Positions 1 through 13,900 of a stretch of DNA of 64,000 nucleotides are shown here, one piece after another. Position numbers and translations under genes: made by a program. Every line of letters begins with the position of its first letter. Position 1 is the stretch's first letter. Source of the DNA: Amphiscolops sp. MND2022. Lineage: Eukaryota. The notes beneath the pieces are model-generated. The model saw only the letters and a program-made list of their open reading frames with translations, searched no databases and was not told the DNA's origin. The stretch covers positions 39,062,001 through 39,126,000 of the forward strand of contig OZ076409.1 of NCBI GenBank assembly GCA_964187785.1, read 5' to 3'.

Positions 1-1793
1 AGGCTTCCCAGCCACCTGAAATTTTGCCTGCGAGCGTAACTTTTGCCTACGTAACAGAAAAATAGAGCGGCGAGGTGCCTTGATCAACATCTGGCGATAT
101 GAAGTGACAAAACCTTGATGTACCAGAGGTACCGCTTTTTCGGGTCAAAAATCACAAAAATGTCAATTTCTCAGCTTTGGCTAGTAGCCGGCTGCTCAAA
201 TTGCACAAATCGTCGTGATCCAGTGCCGTGTGCACGAAAATGCAAGAATTTTAGTGTTGGGGTACCTGCGAGGTATTGCACTATGCTCAACTAAAATTCA
301 ATTTTTTCGACATTTTCGGATCATTTTTGAGCAAAACTGCGGCTAAGACTTCTCGATCACTACTAATGGTAGCGCTACGAAAATTACACCACTAACGTAA
401 CTTTTTGCGGTTTACACGATGGTGCTATCCGTTTGAGACTGCTTCCACTGGGAGAGAATTCGACCTGTACTGGAAGCACTACTCCAGTATTCCGAAAATG
501 TCACAAAAATAACACGTTTTTGGCTATTTCTCGGCAACTACTAGTTGGAATCACTTGCGGTTTTTTGCGTTTGCAACGTTGTATCCTATACTAACGGAAA
601 ATAGGCAAGCGAAACCTGGTAGGTTCCAAATAAGGTCTCTCAAAATAAACTTTACGTTGCACCTTTGACACTCTCGGAACAGTACGGAAAATGCGTATTT
701 TCACCAAGAAATTTTTATTTCTTTGTTTTCAGACGTTCCGAATAGTTCTAACAGTAGTGTTAGAAGGTGTAACAACTTTATTTAGGGGAATGGGGTTGTT
801 TCAATAATTAGTTTTGATGGTTTTGATGTAATAACTCTCAGGTCTATGGAGTCCTTTACTCAGGTCTATTTTAATGGAAGAAAAGTGATGTTAAAACTTC
901 AATTTATATTGGGGGCAGTCAAAAACCGTCTTGGTAGTAGTGTTGCATACTACCAAGCTCAACTACAAAATTTTTGGGCTTTTCAAGAGGCTTGGGAACA
1001 AACGCCCAAGGCTTCGCCCTTGCCAAAATTGGTCAAAATGGCCAATTTTGCTGATTTTTGATCAAAAATTGCTGAAATTTTCATATTTTTTTGAAAAACA
1101 GCCCAACAAAAGTTTTTGTTCTCGACCTGGTAGGTTCTACAGAACGTTTTTCAGGTATTCCCACAGGCCGTACACAGTTCTATAAAATTCTGGCTTTAAA
1201 ACGGAAAAATTCGATATTTGAGCTGTTATTAGTGTTATTTTTGGCGTTTTCGAGCTCAAGTCCCTAAAATAACTGATGCAAATACCCTGTGGGTATTTTT
1301 CACAGTTAATTTGTGCAAAAACAGGCCTGGGAATACTAATTTTGGGCTAGAAAACGTGAAGGGAACGAAATAACCCAGCTGTCTTCGGCGAATCGGCACC
1401 AGGTGGGGAGGAAGAGGCTATGAGGTGAAGCATCTGCAGTCCTGCACTCAGCTAGCTCGGGTCTTCACAAACCGTCCTCGCAGTCCCTGTACATTGCCAA
1501 TTAGCTGAAAAGAAGCTGGAAAACCCGTTAAAACACGTTCCGGATAAGCCGGAATAGCTTTTTTAACAAGTACAGATAAGGTACAAGGGGGTACACCGTT
1601 TCAAACTGTCTTTTTCAGGCTTGGGACCTCGGAAACATGCAGGAAACGCAGGAAAAACACTAATACAAGGCCCAAAGGGCTAGAATAAAGCAGTAAAAAC
1701 AATCTAGGACTCTCCCAAAAGCTTCTCCTAGATCCGGACCTTTCAGGGCCGGAAAGCAGGAGTTGCTCCTCGCAGGACGCGGTAAGGAAAAAT

Positions 1794-1811
1794 ATCCCTC
1801 TGTGGTCGCCA
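1794..1811 (-). promoter_or_regulatory. Primer-binding site TGGCGACCACAGAGGGAT (tRNA-Arg-like 3' end)
   Basis: Starts with TGG (complement of tRNA CCA). The TGGCGACC start resembles Arg tRNA acceptor ends. The same 16-mer occurs at 58986-59001. Confidence 0.75.
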
Positions 1812-1827
1812 TAAAAACTATTCCAGA

Positions 1828-2583
1828 TGTAACGTCCGGCTAGCGGCGCACATCTAGGAAGAGGGACAATGCCTAGGGTGCTTAAACAGGAGACCGTTGT
1901 CTTACTACACTCCTAAACACTAGTTTTTGATCCCAAAATGGTCTCCATGGGGGACTTTTCTAACGTCTAAGGAGGCTCCTCTAATTAGAGCTCCGAGGCG
2001 ACGTGCCGGCACTCTCAAAGTCCGGAAACGCCCCACAAGCCTGTAAAAACAAGTCCTAAGGTTTTTAGCGCGTTCCCGCCATCTCCTACATACTTCCGAG
2101 GTCCAAAAAGATGTCTAGCTGAAATACATTATATTGGTGAATAAGGACTAAAATGGGGCCCTAGTAGGTCAAACATTATCCAAATACGCTATAAACAGTC
2201 AAAGTAGGTGGGGATAGGCCCCAATAAAGTATACAGTTACAGTTCGGTGGCGATCATCGGCTTCCTGCCTCTGGCATCATTCCTCATCTTCGGGGCACAA
2301 TGGTCTCATTTGGCACTTTTCTGCCAAAACCCTGTCTTTTTGCTGTCAGATGGCCGAATTCCTGATTCTCACTCCTTCTGGGTGATGACATCTCGGACAT
2401 TCTCGTTCCTGGGTGGTGGGTTGGGTCTTTTCTGGTCGTGTTTTGCCTTTTTTTTTTGCTTCCTCTACGGTTTTCGTACCTGCCGGGTCGGCCATCTTGA
2501 ATGTGCTTGTTTGATGTCGCACATTTCGAATTTTTGATCGAAATTTTCAAAAACTTCTGCAACGCCGACTGCCGGACGTTACA
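1828..2583 (-). repeat. 5' LTR of element A (756 bp)
   Basis: TG...CA ends with a perfect 13-bp terminal inverted repeat, TGTAACGTCCGGC / GCCGGACGTTACA. PBS lies on its inner side. Confidence 0.8.
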
Positions 2584-4709
2584 AAGAGATAAATGGACTT
2601 TTTCATTAGAAAAATGACTTGAATTGATCACAAAAAAGTCGAAAGTTTCAACATTTTCCGGTTTTTGTTTATTCATACTATTTGTGTACAATTGCTGGAA
2701 GTTTTCGTAGCTCAGAAGGTTCAAAACGTTCAAAGACGAACAAGCTGGCCATGCAGTGAGCATTTTGAAGAGAAAGGTTATGTGTTTGTTTTGCTTCAAA
2801 AACGCCTCAGAATGACCCGAATGTTTCATTCGAAGTTTTTGAAACGTTTCGAGGGTTACAATGATAAGAATTTTCCACAACATTTGCAGTCATTATTGAC
2901 TGGGTTTTTTAAAGAGATTTTTGTCTGCAGACTTCTGAAAGGAAAAAGCCTCAAATTGGGACGAACAAAGTTGCAAATACCGAATTTTTCCATTTTCTGA
3001 CATTTATTTGGTTGTTTCTGAAACGTTTCGTGAGTAAAACGTGTCCAACAGCTGCAACCGTTTTTATCAAGCTATGCAACGCTTTCTTAGGAAAAAACTT
3101 CAGTTTCCCAGGTAAAATAAAACGTCAGAATGATCCAAAAAAGCCGAATATCCAAATTTTTGCCGAGTTTTGATGTTTTTGAAAACGAAACTTTCTAAAA
3201 ACTTCGTTTGTTAGAAGAAAAAAAACAATCAAAACAAACAAATGCTTTATCGAGTAGCGCTTTCTGAATATCAACTGCTAGAAAAATCTCAAACTGACCC
3301 ACAAAATAGTAAAAAAAAGTGAATGTTTTTTCCACAATTTTCGCAAAGTTCAGGACATTTTTGTAAGTTAGATTGTTTGAAAGTTTGAAAGATAAAATTT
3401 AGGCATGCAGTCTGCTTCTTTGATGGCGGCTTTGATATGCAGTCTGGCGGCTTTGTGCGAAAAAAAAATCAAAAGTCAAAAAATTCCTACATTCTCGGCC
3501 TTTTTCGTAAGAGTTTCTGTGAAACATCGAAGATTTAGTAAATAAGAATCTAAAAAAGTCAAAGACGAGTGAAGTGGTTATACCATACGCTTCGTTGCTG
3601 ATATACCTGCAGTTTGCGTTGGAAAACTGCCTGAAGAAGACCCCAAAGTAGTCGAAAGGGGCAAACTTTTAGTTTTTTTACAGTATTGGTAAATTTGTTT
3701 CAAAAAATAAAATAAAACACAGACTATCTCTCTGTTATATTGAATTAGAAAAGGTTGCGTTCCAATATTTTATCAAACAGTTTTCATATAAATAGAAACC
3801 TAGACAATTATTCTCTGTAACGTTCTGAAAAAATTATGATAGTATCAATCAGTGCTAGGTGTAAATACTTCTTGCCAGACACGCTGGGAAACCCACCGCG
3901 TGTATTTCATACCTCGTTCAGTACCGCGTCACTTTGTCACGGAATACCGAGAGTACAGTTTTGTCATCCAAACGAATTCAAAAGATTTGGGCACTAACGC
4001 GAATCGAACCCCTTACTCTTTCTTTGGAAGACAACAGAAAAAACTGTATTATTCATGTGTTTCTAGTCTTAACCAATAACGCCGATCAAAAAGTTTGAGT
4101 ATTTCAAAAACCATTTGTTCTATTCTTGCCTAATTTGATCGGCAACCTGCAACAACACGCAGAATTGGTAACAAGAGCGTTAATGAGCGCCGGAAGATTT
4201 CATGCCCCCAAATATTACAGCGAAGCCATCGAGCGTTCTTAAAACAGTTTAAAAATTTAAAGTTTTGCCCGAACGGTTGCAATGGATCTGCGATGAAGAA
4301 GTGATGGATCTAATGTGACTGGATGATAAAGAAGGCTATGAAACAATATTCCAGGCAGTGCGCCATTTCGAGTTGTTTATTTTTTTAATTCCACCCGGAA
4401 CACCATATGCTCCGAATCATTATTATCTGAGAACATTCGTAGTTTGAGCTACAACTATAAGTATTCGATGACTGTTGTGCGCTTATTCGCACAAAATTGA
4501 ACAACTGTCTGTCAACATGGTCTGTCAGTAAGGGGTTTGATTCAAAATCAAAAGAAACTGAAAAAGTCGAACTCTTTTTCTCCTTTTAAACTTAATTAGG
4601 TTCACAATAACTTCGATAGACCATAGATTTTTTCACGCTTCTGGGTGATTGGGTGAAGTTGTTTAATCAGTTGTTTTGTCATGTTGTCATGCAAAATGCT
4701 GCAATGCAT

Positions 4710-4977
4710 TCAAGGAATGTTTTCGTAATCATAATCTAATGATATCGAGCTAAACAGGACTTTCAACTCACGCTCTGGGAAAAAGCAGTCTTTTGCGAAA
4801 TTGATAGCAGCGTGGTCTTTTTCGAGGAGAAAACTGGCACAACTCTTGTCTAATCTCACTTCCTCATTGACCCATGAGCGAGCAGTGAAACAATAGTCCT
4901 CTTCACAGCAGTATATTCTTGTCATGATCGGACACTGAACTTGTGGGGTGGCAAACCCTGGAGGTGCTGAGCTATAC
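4710..4977 (-). CDS. Host gene exon 7 (terminal; YSSAPPGF...IYCCEEDYCF...YENIP*)
   Basis: Acceptor tgtgtttcag ending at 4978, phase 2 and in frame with exon 6. CCxxDxC resembles the Ly6/three-finger C-terminus. Confidence 0.7.
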
Positions 4978-7900
4978 CTGAAACACAACATGGTCATGAT
5001 CGAACAGATCAGTAGCATAGAACTGCAGTGTCCGAGTGTAGAAAAGTTCACATAAGTGCCTCAATGTCTAGGAGTGAACATTTGACCTTTTCAGAAAACA
5101 TTTTAATTGTCTCTTTCACCTTCATTGTTGATTTACGACACCACTTATTTGATAATAACTGATGAAGGTGGTACATTGCGTGTTTGTATCCGTTCATGTC
5201 TTAGTCCACTTCTTTGTGGTCCACTTCAATGTCTATGTGGTCCTCTAGTATTTCATTCATTTTAACAGCTTAGGCTATAGTACGCCCCTTATGTGCCATC
5301 ATTTCCAACGACCGAAAAGAAACATCCTGATTTTCAGATTTAAGGATTTCTTCCTATTTATCGTTTTCCGGTTGGATATTCTAGATAAAAATCTTTATTA
5401 GGTCCCTACTGCCCATCTTGACGTGCTTCTAATGTTTCTGGGATTTGTTTTACCATATTTTCGACTAAAAGGAGGGATATTACAGTTACTTCTTTTCAGT
5501 TGGCGCTTTTTAAAGTGCAAAGCTCTAAAAAGACAAGTTTTTCTCTGCAGTCACCCTGTAACGTCCAATTTCACCTAACAAAGCCGATGGTATTTGGTAA
5601 GCCGCTAAAATTTCATCTGCTGGCATTAACTGTTAACTCGCAATTCCAAGTCCAGTACCGTGACTAGTTGAAGGGGAGATTTTTAGAAATTTTCTAATTT
5701 AGCGAATTAGTTTTGAACGACAATTTTTTTGGGCAATGAATAAAAAAACAACACGAGAACGTCTATAGTTGGCGCTATATCTAAGGCTCAAAAAAGCAAA
5801 GTTTCCAAAATATGGCAGGACGATTTTATGAAAAGCTCAGAAAACAGTTTCGAGACGCCCAAAAGGTGCCTTTCATGCTCAATAAGATCCGGAAACCACT
5901 TTTTTATCAACTGGAAACAAAAACATTTTTTTGGATAACAAAAATTTGATTTTTTTCATTCGGAAAATGTCGCATAGTGCCGAAAACCTTAAGGAGTACT
6001 CTATGATCGCAAACGTTTCGCTTCTAGTAAAACTTGAAGGGGCTTTGATGGAAACAATTTAGAAAAAAGTCGCCTAGTGCCTAAAAAATACTGTTTCGAA
6101 ACTTCGATTTCAAATATTTTAAAACGAAAAGAAAACATTTTGAAAAATTTCAAAATGCCGAAAAATGCAAAAGCAGGAAAACCCAGTTTGTTTCAAAATG
6201 TCAAAAAATAGAAAGTTTGCTTTGGTGCAATCAAACCTTTCGAAAAACGTTTCATGATCCGAAAAAAAATCAAGTTAAAAACATCAAGATAGTCAAGGGG
6301 GGATCCGTAGTATGTTTTCGAGGTTTTGGACGTCGGTTTTGTTTTGAACGAGGTTCTGATGTATCCAGTATGTTTTGGACATGCGTTGTTCGGGTTGAAC
6401 AAATGAACAAAAAAGTGGACCTTTTAGTGTGAGTTCTGTAGAAAAAAAAACGAAAGAAAGGTCACTGTAAGTGTCGAGCATTTTTTTGTTTTACAAAAGG
6501 TGCCGACTAAAAACGCTTGTTTAGCTTCGAAGTTTGCATAAAAATCAACAGTGTCATTCTCCGCTCGAAAACGGTTCACTATCATTTGCAACGTATACAT
6601 TACCAAGGATACTTATATGACAGGACAAATTAAAGAGTTAGTTTAGCTCAGGTCTTCAAGACAAAAACACAAAGCACATTGCCCTAAGAAATCTTTTCGA
6701 GTATCTCTCCAAGACCTCCTTTAATGTACTATCCAGTCGGAAATTGCAACAAATAATGGGTATTATACTCATACATTGAACGTTTCTCTAAAATGGGCTA
6801 AAACTAAACAAGACGGGAACGTCTAAAGTCGGCGCTATATCTACGGCTCAAAAAAAGTTTTTAAACTTGTAAAATTTTGGTTTCGAAAGGACCTGAGAAG
6901 AAGCCCAACTACTAAAGTGTCATTATATTAGAAAACGAACAATGTTAAGTGATTTTGATATTAAACAAGACGGGAACGTCTAAAGTCGGCGCTATCAGAA
7001 AGGCTCAAAAGGCGCAAAGTTATCAAAATTGTGAAAGGGGGACCCTTTCGACTTTTTGAAATTCCAGTTTGTTGAAAAATATCAAAAAAATTGAAGGCGG
7101 GACCCTTAGAGTCATTTAAAAATTTCAAAAAAAATTGAAAAAAAACTTTCGGTAAAAAACGAAAAATTAGAATTTTGAAACAGTCTCATAGTGCCGAAAA
7201 AGTAGAAAGGGGAGATCCTTTGGGTTTTTTGAAACTTCAGTTTGCTGCAAATTATCAAAAAACTTGAAGGGGGGACCTTTTGGCGACAAAAAAAATTGAA
7301 AATTTTTTGAAAAAAGATTTAAAAAAACAAAAAATGAGAATTTTGAAAGTCTCACAGTGCCAAAAACCTAGAAAGGGGGACCCTTTGGGCTTTTTGAAAC
7401 TTCAGTTTGCTGCAAAATATCAAAAAACTTGAAGGGGGACCGTTTGGCGACAAAAGAAACTTCGAAAAAAAGTCGCACAGTGCCGAAAAAAAATCAAAGG
7501 GGGGACCCTGTAGTCCTGTCCGGTTTTGTATCTTACGTTAAAAATTGAGTACACGAAAGGGGGGACCCTTTGCAGTAACTCAGATGTGATTCCGCTTGCC
7601 GGTTCAGTACTTTTAGTAGTTCTGTAAAAAGTGTCCACTACGCATACATTCTGTGATCTGACGGAAAAAAAGAAAAAAAAACTTGCCACTGTAATAGTCG
7701 GGCTCATTTTGATAAAATGCGCCGACTAAAAAGCAAAACTACTCTACTGAAAAAATTCTACGCAAAATTATTTTCAGGAAAACTTCGGTGGCTAGCCAAA
7801 AACATTTGAAAAACTTCGGAGAAGCAAATTTCGAACACTCTTTGAATAAAAACGGGGATAGTTTTAATACTCCTTCAGAGATTTTTTAACTTTTCAGTTT

Positions 7901-10900
7901 GATAATCTTCCGAAACATTTTTTTCATCATAGTGTATAAATATGCAAAATAGCTGAAAAAACTTTCGCTTTCAAATTTTTTAGATGATCTTGTCCAGGTA
8001 GGAACCTGATGTTGGATCAATGTAACGTAACACAGTTGAAAATTTGAAAACCTCTGCCTAACACGACATATTTGCTTTTATCAGGCGTCGAGCTCGAAGA
8101 GCAAGACTATCCATATGGCTACGTTTTGTTGGGTCTTCGAGCTTTGCTAGATGCCCATATGGCAAATTTCTCAAAACGGAGAATAGATATGGATATCATG
8201 TTTTCACTAGAAGGTGCGCAAGATCAAACGCTATATTTTTGTCAAAAACTGACGTCACTTTTTTCTTTCTAAGTTGTTTGCTGGGGTTGAAAAAAATAGT
8301 CTGACATTTTCACATTTGTAGCTCATGACATCTCAATTTTGAAAATAGATATGGAAACTATTCTTCCTCACAAGGTAAAAAAGGTTTAAAAAAAATTCTT
8401 CCTCACAAAAGATTTTCTGCCAAAAATACTTGAATTTTTTTCCCATATTTTTTAAATTCTTTTATACTTTATCTACTATAACTCCGGACTGAGACCAAAT
8501 ACGGAGTCCATGGTTGTGTAAAAAACAAAGGTTTTGTAGGCTACATTTTAGCCTAAAAGTGAAATCTGATTTTTTTTCGTTCTGGAGTTTCAGGCCAAAT
8601 AAAAGGATGACAATAAAATATATGAACTTTTTTCCAGTTCGTTCATGATTTTTCTCACAACTGAAAATAGATACAGTAACAATTCTCCCTCAGCAAGTAC
8701 GACAATGATGTGGCTTAGTTTTTTATCATCAAAGTTTCCGTCATGAAGGATGACGCCTTCGCGTTCCTGCCAATTTTTTTCTTCTTTTTAAAGTTATTTC
8801 TTTACATCAAAAATTCTTGATCTGGAACTAGATAGGTTCAAATGGTTTTGGGTCCTGGAATATACACAAATCGTAGCACCTTCTGCAAACCAATGAACGT
8901 TTCTGCTTGAAGCCATGCGCGACTTGCCGTCACGCCTATATTTTTTTCTGAAGACTTCGTCACAAGCTAACTTTTCCGTGTTGTCGGAAAAATTTCTCAA
9001 AACCCAAGCACATCCGGATGCCATGTTCTCGTACTAAGTACAGCAAAATCATAAGCTGAATTTTTGCGTGAAAATTTGTCAGCAAAATATTTCTCATGTT
9101 TATTGCAAACACTACATGAAACATATAAAACTTTCGAGTTTTATAATTTTGTTTCCCTAAATTGTGACCTCGTACGAGAACAGCATTTTCGGCCAGTCCC
9201 AAAACTTTGCTGGATAAATGTTCGTGCTGAAGGTTTATTCCGGAAATACCATTATGAATTGACTTTTTATCAAAATTTTCCTGTTTTGAACTCCTATATC
9301 TCAGACATGCAAACGCATACGATGTCCATATTTCCGCATGCAGTACTAAAAAAACCCAAACGAACTTTTTCCGCGATATATCGGGAAGAAAAGTTGCCTG
9401 CAAGTTTTTTGTGATAACTACAAAAATATTCACAAAATTTCCCAATTTGTCAAAGTTCTATTTCTTAATTGTAAACTTGTACGATAACAAAGTTCTTGAT
9501 AAAACTTCGGTCAGACCCTAGGCTAAATTTTTGCCGAAAATTTTCGACGAAAATCGTCTCATTTTTTCCGCGAAAGTAACATCAAAAGAATACTTTAATC
9601 AGTTTTTTCCGATAACAACATAAAAGATTTCTTTCAATTTTATCTGGTTTTGATCTCCTGTATCTCAGCTTTGTTTTTCACTTAATATTCACTAACTTTC
9701 GGTAATATAAAAACTTTGCTAAGTGTGTCTCATTGCCTTGTCTGTTGAAGTTCATAGTCATTAAAACAATCAACAGCTGTACCGGAGCTTTGTGAAACAG
9801 CCAAATTTATTTGAGCTTTTGTGGACCAATTAATAAGCCTCTTCTAATTGAAAATTGTCATTTTTCCTCAAAAAAAGCTCATTATTTAGATTTTGTCAGA
9901 ATCTAATTTTTTGTTTTCATGAAATTAAAAGCTCAAATATTCTCTAAATTAAACAATCGATGGACTTAATTGCATAGTAGTCGAATTTTGTGGAACAACA
10001 ATTTTCGTTAACAAGCAGTAGTATGAAAAACTGGAACATGGTGAAGATAGGAGGAGGAAACGCAAACGAATTTGCATTGTACCCTTTTCCATGTGTGAAA
10101 ATAGGCAGAATAGAAAATTCTGGACCAATTTATTGACTGTAACTGTCTTCTGTTTTGAGAGAAATAAGATACCTGGAAAGCGTATGAAAATTGGAAGTTC
10201 ATCATTGTTTCACAAGAAAATCACCGATTTCATTTTTTAGGAGATTCAAACCTTGCAAAGGAAGGACAACGACTGGCGCAACATCTAAAGAAACCAGAAA
10301 CTGAGACGCATCGTTTGTTCTATTTGGTTCCTCGTCAAAAAAGCTCGATGCCAAATCCTTTGAGAAAGTGTCTTTCATCCATCATCGATGAAAATGCTCG
10401 AAATTTTTGAATGCTTTTATAGGCTGTAAAACAAAATTGTTTGGAATTTGGGAGCTGCTTGATGGAGATTTCATGCTCAAAATTTCCATGGCGCGCCACT
10501 AATTTTTAGGCTTTCGATTCATATTGGCGGGCTCACAGAGCAGCATCAAGGAAATGGCGAAACCCCGCGAAAACTCACATCAATTTTTGCGAGTGAATGC
10601 GCTTCAGTATAACATGAACAAATAGTTAACGTGTGCCAGGAAGGTCAGAAAATTTGTGGAACTGGATTTTTTTACAATGAAAAAGTGTTTCATTTTGCAA
10701 AATATCGGAAGATTCAATTCTTCTGTCTTTTTATCTCTTTTTGTTTTGATTCAATTTGTTTTTCGATAAATTGGTATTTTGAGTATAGATGATTTTATGA
10801 TAAAGAGAAAACGTTTTAACAAGTTTCCGAATTGTGTTCTGGATGTTCAAGTGTAAGAAAATCCAATTCGCGGCTCGAAGAGAGTTTTACCTCGGATTAG

Positions 10901-13900
10901 AAGCTTAACAGACAAAAAGGTTGTTTTAGTGAGTTAGCCAATTCTCTTGAAGTTACTGTCAATTTCTCTCCGAATGTTGCTCTTTCGGCTCACGTTTTCC
11001 AACTCAGGAGAAACGGGCTTGCAATCTTTCAATTGATTATGAAGAGATGATAGCTATACAATCCAGTCGAATATACTCACAAATATATCTACCATTCCCA
11101 ATAGAAAGGATAAGACACAATCGAATCCACGATTCAGCCAGGTACGTTAGGCTCAGTCAAATGTGGTTGAAGCTCCAACTTCAACCAAGTCACAAATCCC
11201 GGACTTTTTAACAAATATACTGAGCTATCGACAGCGTAATCTTCTAGAAGTGTCTCTTGTCTCCGCGAGTCTCAACTTTCTTCTAGCTTTCTTACTCGGT
11301 TGTCGAGAAGCGCGAGTGTTAATCCGAACAAGTATCTTGTCTCAGCAAGACTCAACTTGATCCCAGCTTTCTAACTCGGTTCTGTCGATTCTGATATTTT
11401 CCAAATCCGCCTCAATAATATTTGTTCATCGCCCGCATTTTTGTTGTACCGATGTCGCCTTTTTATTCGCATGCTTTTAACTTCACCTAGCTCCATTCCT
11501 TTAATGGCATGGCAACGCCCTAGTTATATTTGGGTCAGACATTCTTCGTCGCCAACGACAAATAATTCACATCTTGTCCGAAGTCCACATTTCAATAATA
11601 ATTCAAGTCACCTGAGATATTTCTAATATCGTCCTAGGGTCAATGGTCTTCGAGTTACATGATATGCGTATAGTTTGTCTACTTAGGGTGGCTGCCCCCG
11701 CATGGGTTGGAAATGCGGTTTCATTCACGTTATAAATCGACTACATTGATCATTCCGGTTCGTTTGATGTATTACAAGCCAAGGTCAAATGTCTTTTATC
11801 GGTCTGGCTTGCGCGTTCGGTCCCGTGTGCCCTAAACAAACATTACTCAGCGCGTGTTGGACCGATCAATGTATCTTTCATGTATAATACTTAGGATTAC
11901 TAGGTGAACATCTTGGGTAAGTTTCGTGATCCTCGGGTCAACTGGTGGCGATTTACATAACATTCGGTGTTAATCTACATAAGGTCCGTGCTCCTCCTAC
12001 GCGCATTGTTGGGTTCCGAAAATATACACAAACGGCCTAATATCATGTGGGCTATCACTTCCAAATACTATATGACTTATTCCGTGTTTCGCCGATGAGT
12101 TCGTAGGGGGGTCGACCTATGTCACTTCCGGTGCAAATAACCCGGGGCTGGGGGATCTCGGCTCGGTTCCGTTTCTATAGATCGGTAGCATAACAGCTCA
12201 GGTATACGTGTGCCAAATCTCAGGACTCTCTGTCAAATAGTCTTTGAGAAAAACCGTTGGGGGTTTCCTCAAAATTGATGATGGGTTTTTCCTAGCGTCT
12301 CTTAAAATATTTTTGCTCGAAAGTGGGACTTAGTAAAATTAGCTCTCAGAGTTTCATCTCTGACTTTGCCGAATCGAATAATTTCGTTATTGACGTCAAT
12401 TCTATAACTTATAGATTTTACCTGAGAACTTTCGTTTACTAAGTAAATACCTAGTTTACCAAGTAAGCCATATCGATGCATGCTATTGTCAGCCTGTTCA
12501 GCAGTTTTCACTATTCTGGCGGTCTAAAAACGTGATTATGTAATTAACAAAGTTCTGTTTATGGTTTGGGCTTTGCGCAAAAACAATGGAACTTTTTTTA
12601 CGCACTGCAAAAGCTAAAATTTCCACATTAAGATGGCTCGAAGCTCTTGTTTTCTTGCTTCCTTTTGTTCAAGACATTCTGTTAACTGTAAACTAAGTTT
12701 CCAAGAAAAGCATGGATTTGCTTCTAGGTTTTCAGAATATGCTTGGATGTTTTACAAAACGTTTTCATGCAAGATTCTGAAATATCCATGTTTGTAGAGA
12801 AAACGTTGATTGTAGCATGGATAAGTTTCCAAAAAACTACGTCACTCATGAGGTAGTCCGAAATGATTCTTTAGAATGCAGAGCTTCAAAATTTTTTATT
12901 GTTGTTCCCTGGTTGGAACTGCTTGAATTTTTTACAGTTTTTGCTTGAAGTTTTTGTAGGCTACAATGCTAATTTTCCATGATTTTATAAAATTCTCAAG
13001 GAAACGTCCATGCATTAAAACTTCACTGATGGAATTTAAATTTATCAAGCTGCCCATAAGATGCATCCTAAATTTGGCGGCAGGTTTGCAGGTTTCATGA
13101 AGACGCCGTTCTAATTTTGAAAGCAACTGCGACCTTCAATTTTACCGCGGTTTTAATGCAAATAATTTTCAGTCACATTGTAAGTTTCAAAGTAGCGTGA
13201 TATTCAGCGTGCTATGTGACTAAAAGTGTTTACATAAAATAGTTGCTTGAGAAACTTACGCGTGAAAACAAAGTGATCGCGGTGGTAAAGAAGTGGAAAT
13301 GTTTTCAGTTTTAATTCAAATAGTGGAGGCTGCATTGTAATCCTACAAAATGTTTCCATGCATGGTCCCTGAATTTTCCATCTTTTATTAAAAAGAAATT
13401 AGCCGGCATTTTTTGAAGGCGCCTTGTAAAACTTCGCGGCAACTTCGACTAGGGTTATCATTATTAGTATGCTTAAGGCATCGTGACTACTACCACAGGG
13501 ACTGTTGCTCCCTTATGTTATTGTATTGGTTTGTTGGAAAAGCGTTGATTATTGGAATCTTTTACTTTGTTCTCAAACTTACAGGCTTACTACACACGAC
13601 TGGAAGCAAAGAGATGGATTGTTCTCGAATAGTTCACCAGGCATCGGCGCCAGCGTCGTATCAGCTCCTTGCAATCCCACAGTGTCTTTCCATAATTGGC
13701 TGAAAAATAACAAATTTCGTTGGTTTTTGAAAACAGTTCGGACCTAAGCAAGGTTTTATGTAATTTTATTTGCAGGATTCAATAATTTGTCCCTGGACAG
13801 ATTGCAGAAGAAAATTATGTCGTTGATAACGAGCGCTTTATGGAAATTACAGAAACCAAACATAGTGTCATGACAATGTTTTTTTGTCGAGGATGCAGTG

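Larger units (their letters stand above)
1..2583 (-). mobile_element. Element A: 5' end (LTR, PBS, long leader) of a Ty3/Gypsy-like LTR retrotransposon continuing beyond the left window edge
   Basis: LTR at 1828-2583. The PBS at 1794-1811 shares its 16-nt core with element C. No convincing ORF in 1-1800, as in the long leader of element C. Confidence 0.75.

Noticed and set aside
4978..5051. Apparent signal peptide making ORF 4710-5051 a single-exon gene
   Set aside because: Better explained as intronic sequence before a strong in-phase acceptor at 4978.
10008..10205. Possible extra host exon after gctttccag near 10175
   Set aside because: Stop codon in the required phase-2 frame, and exon 6 joins exon 7 cleanly without it.
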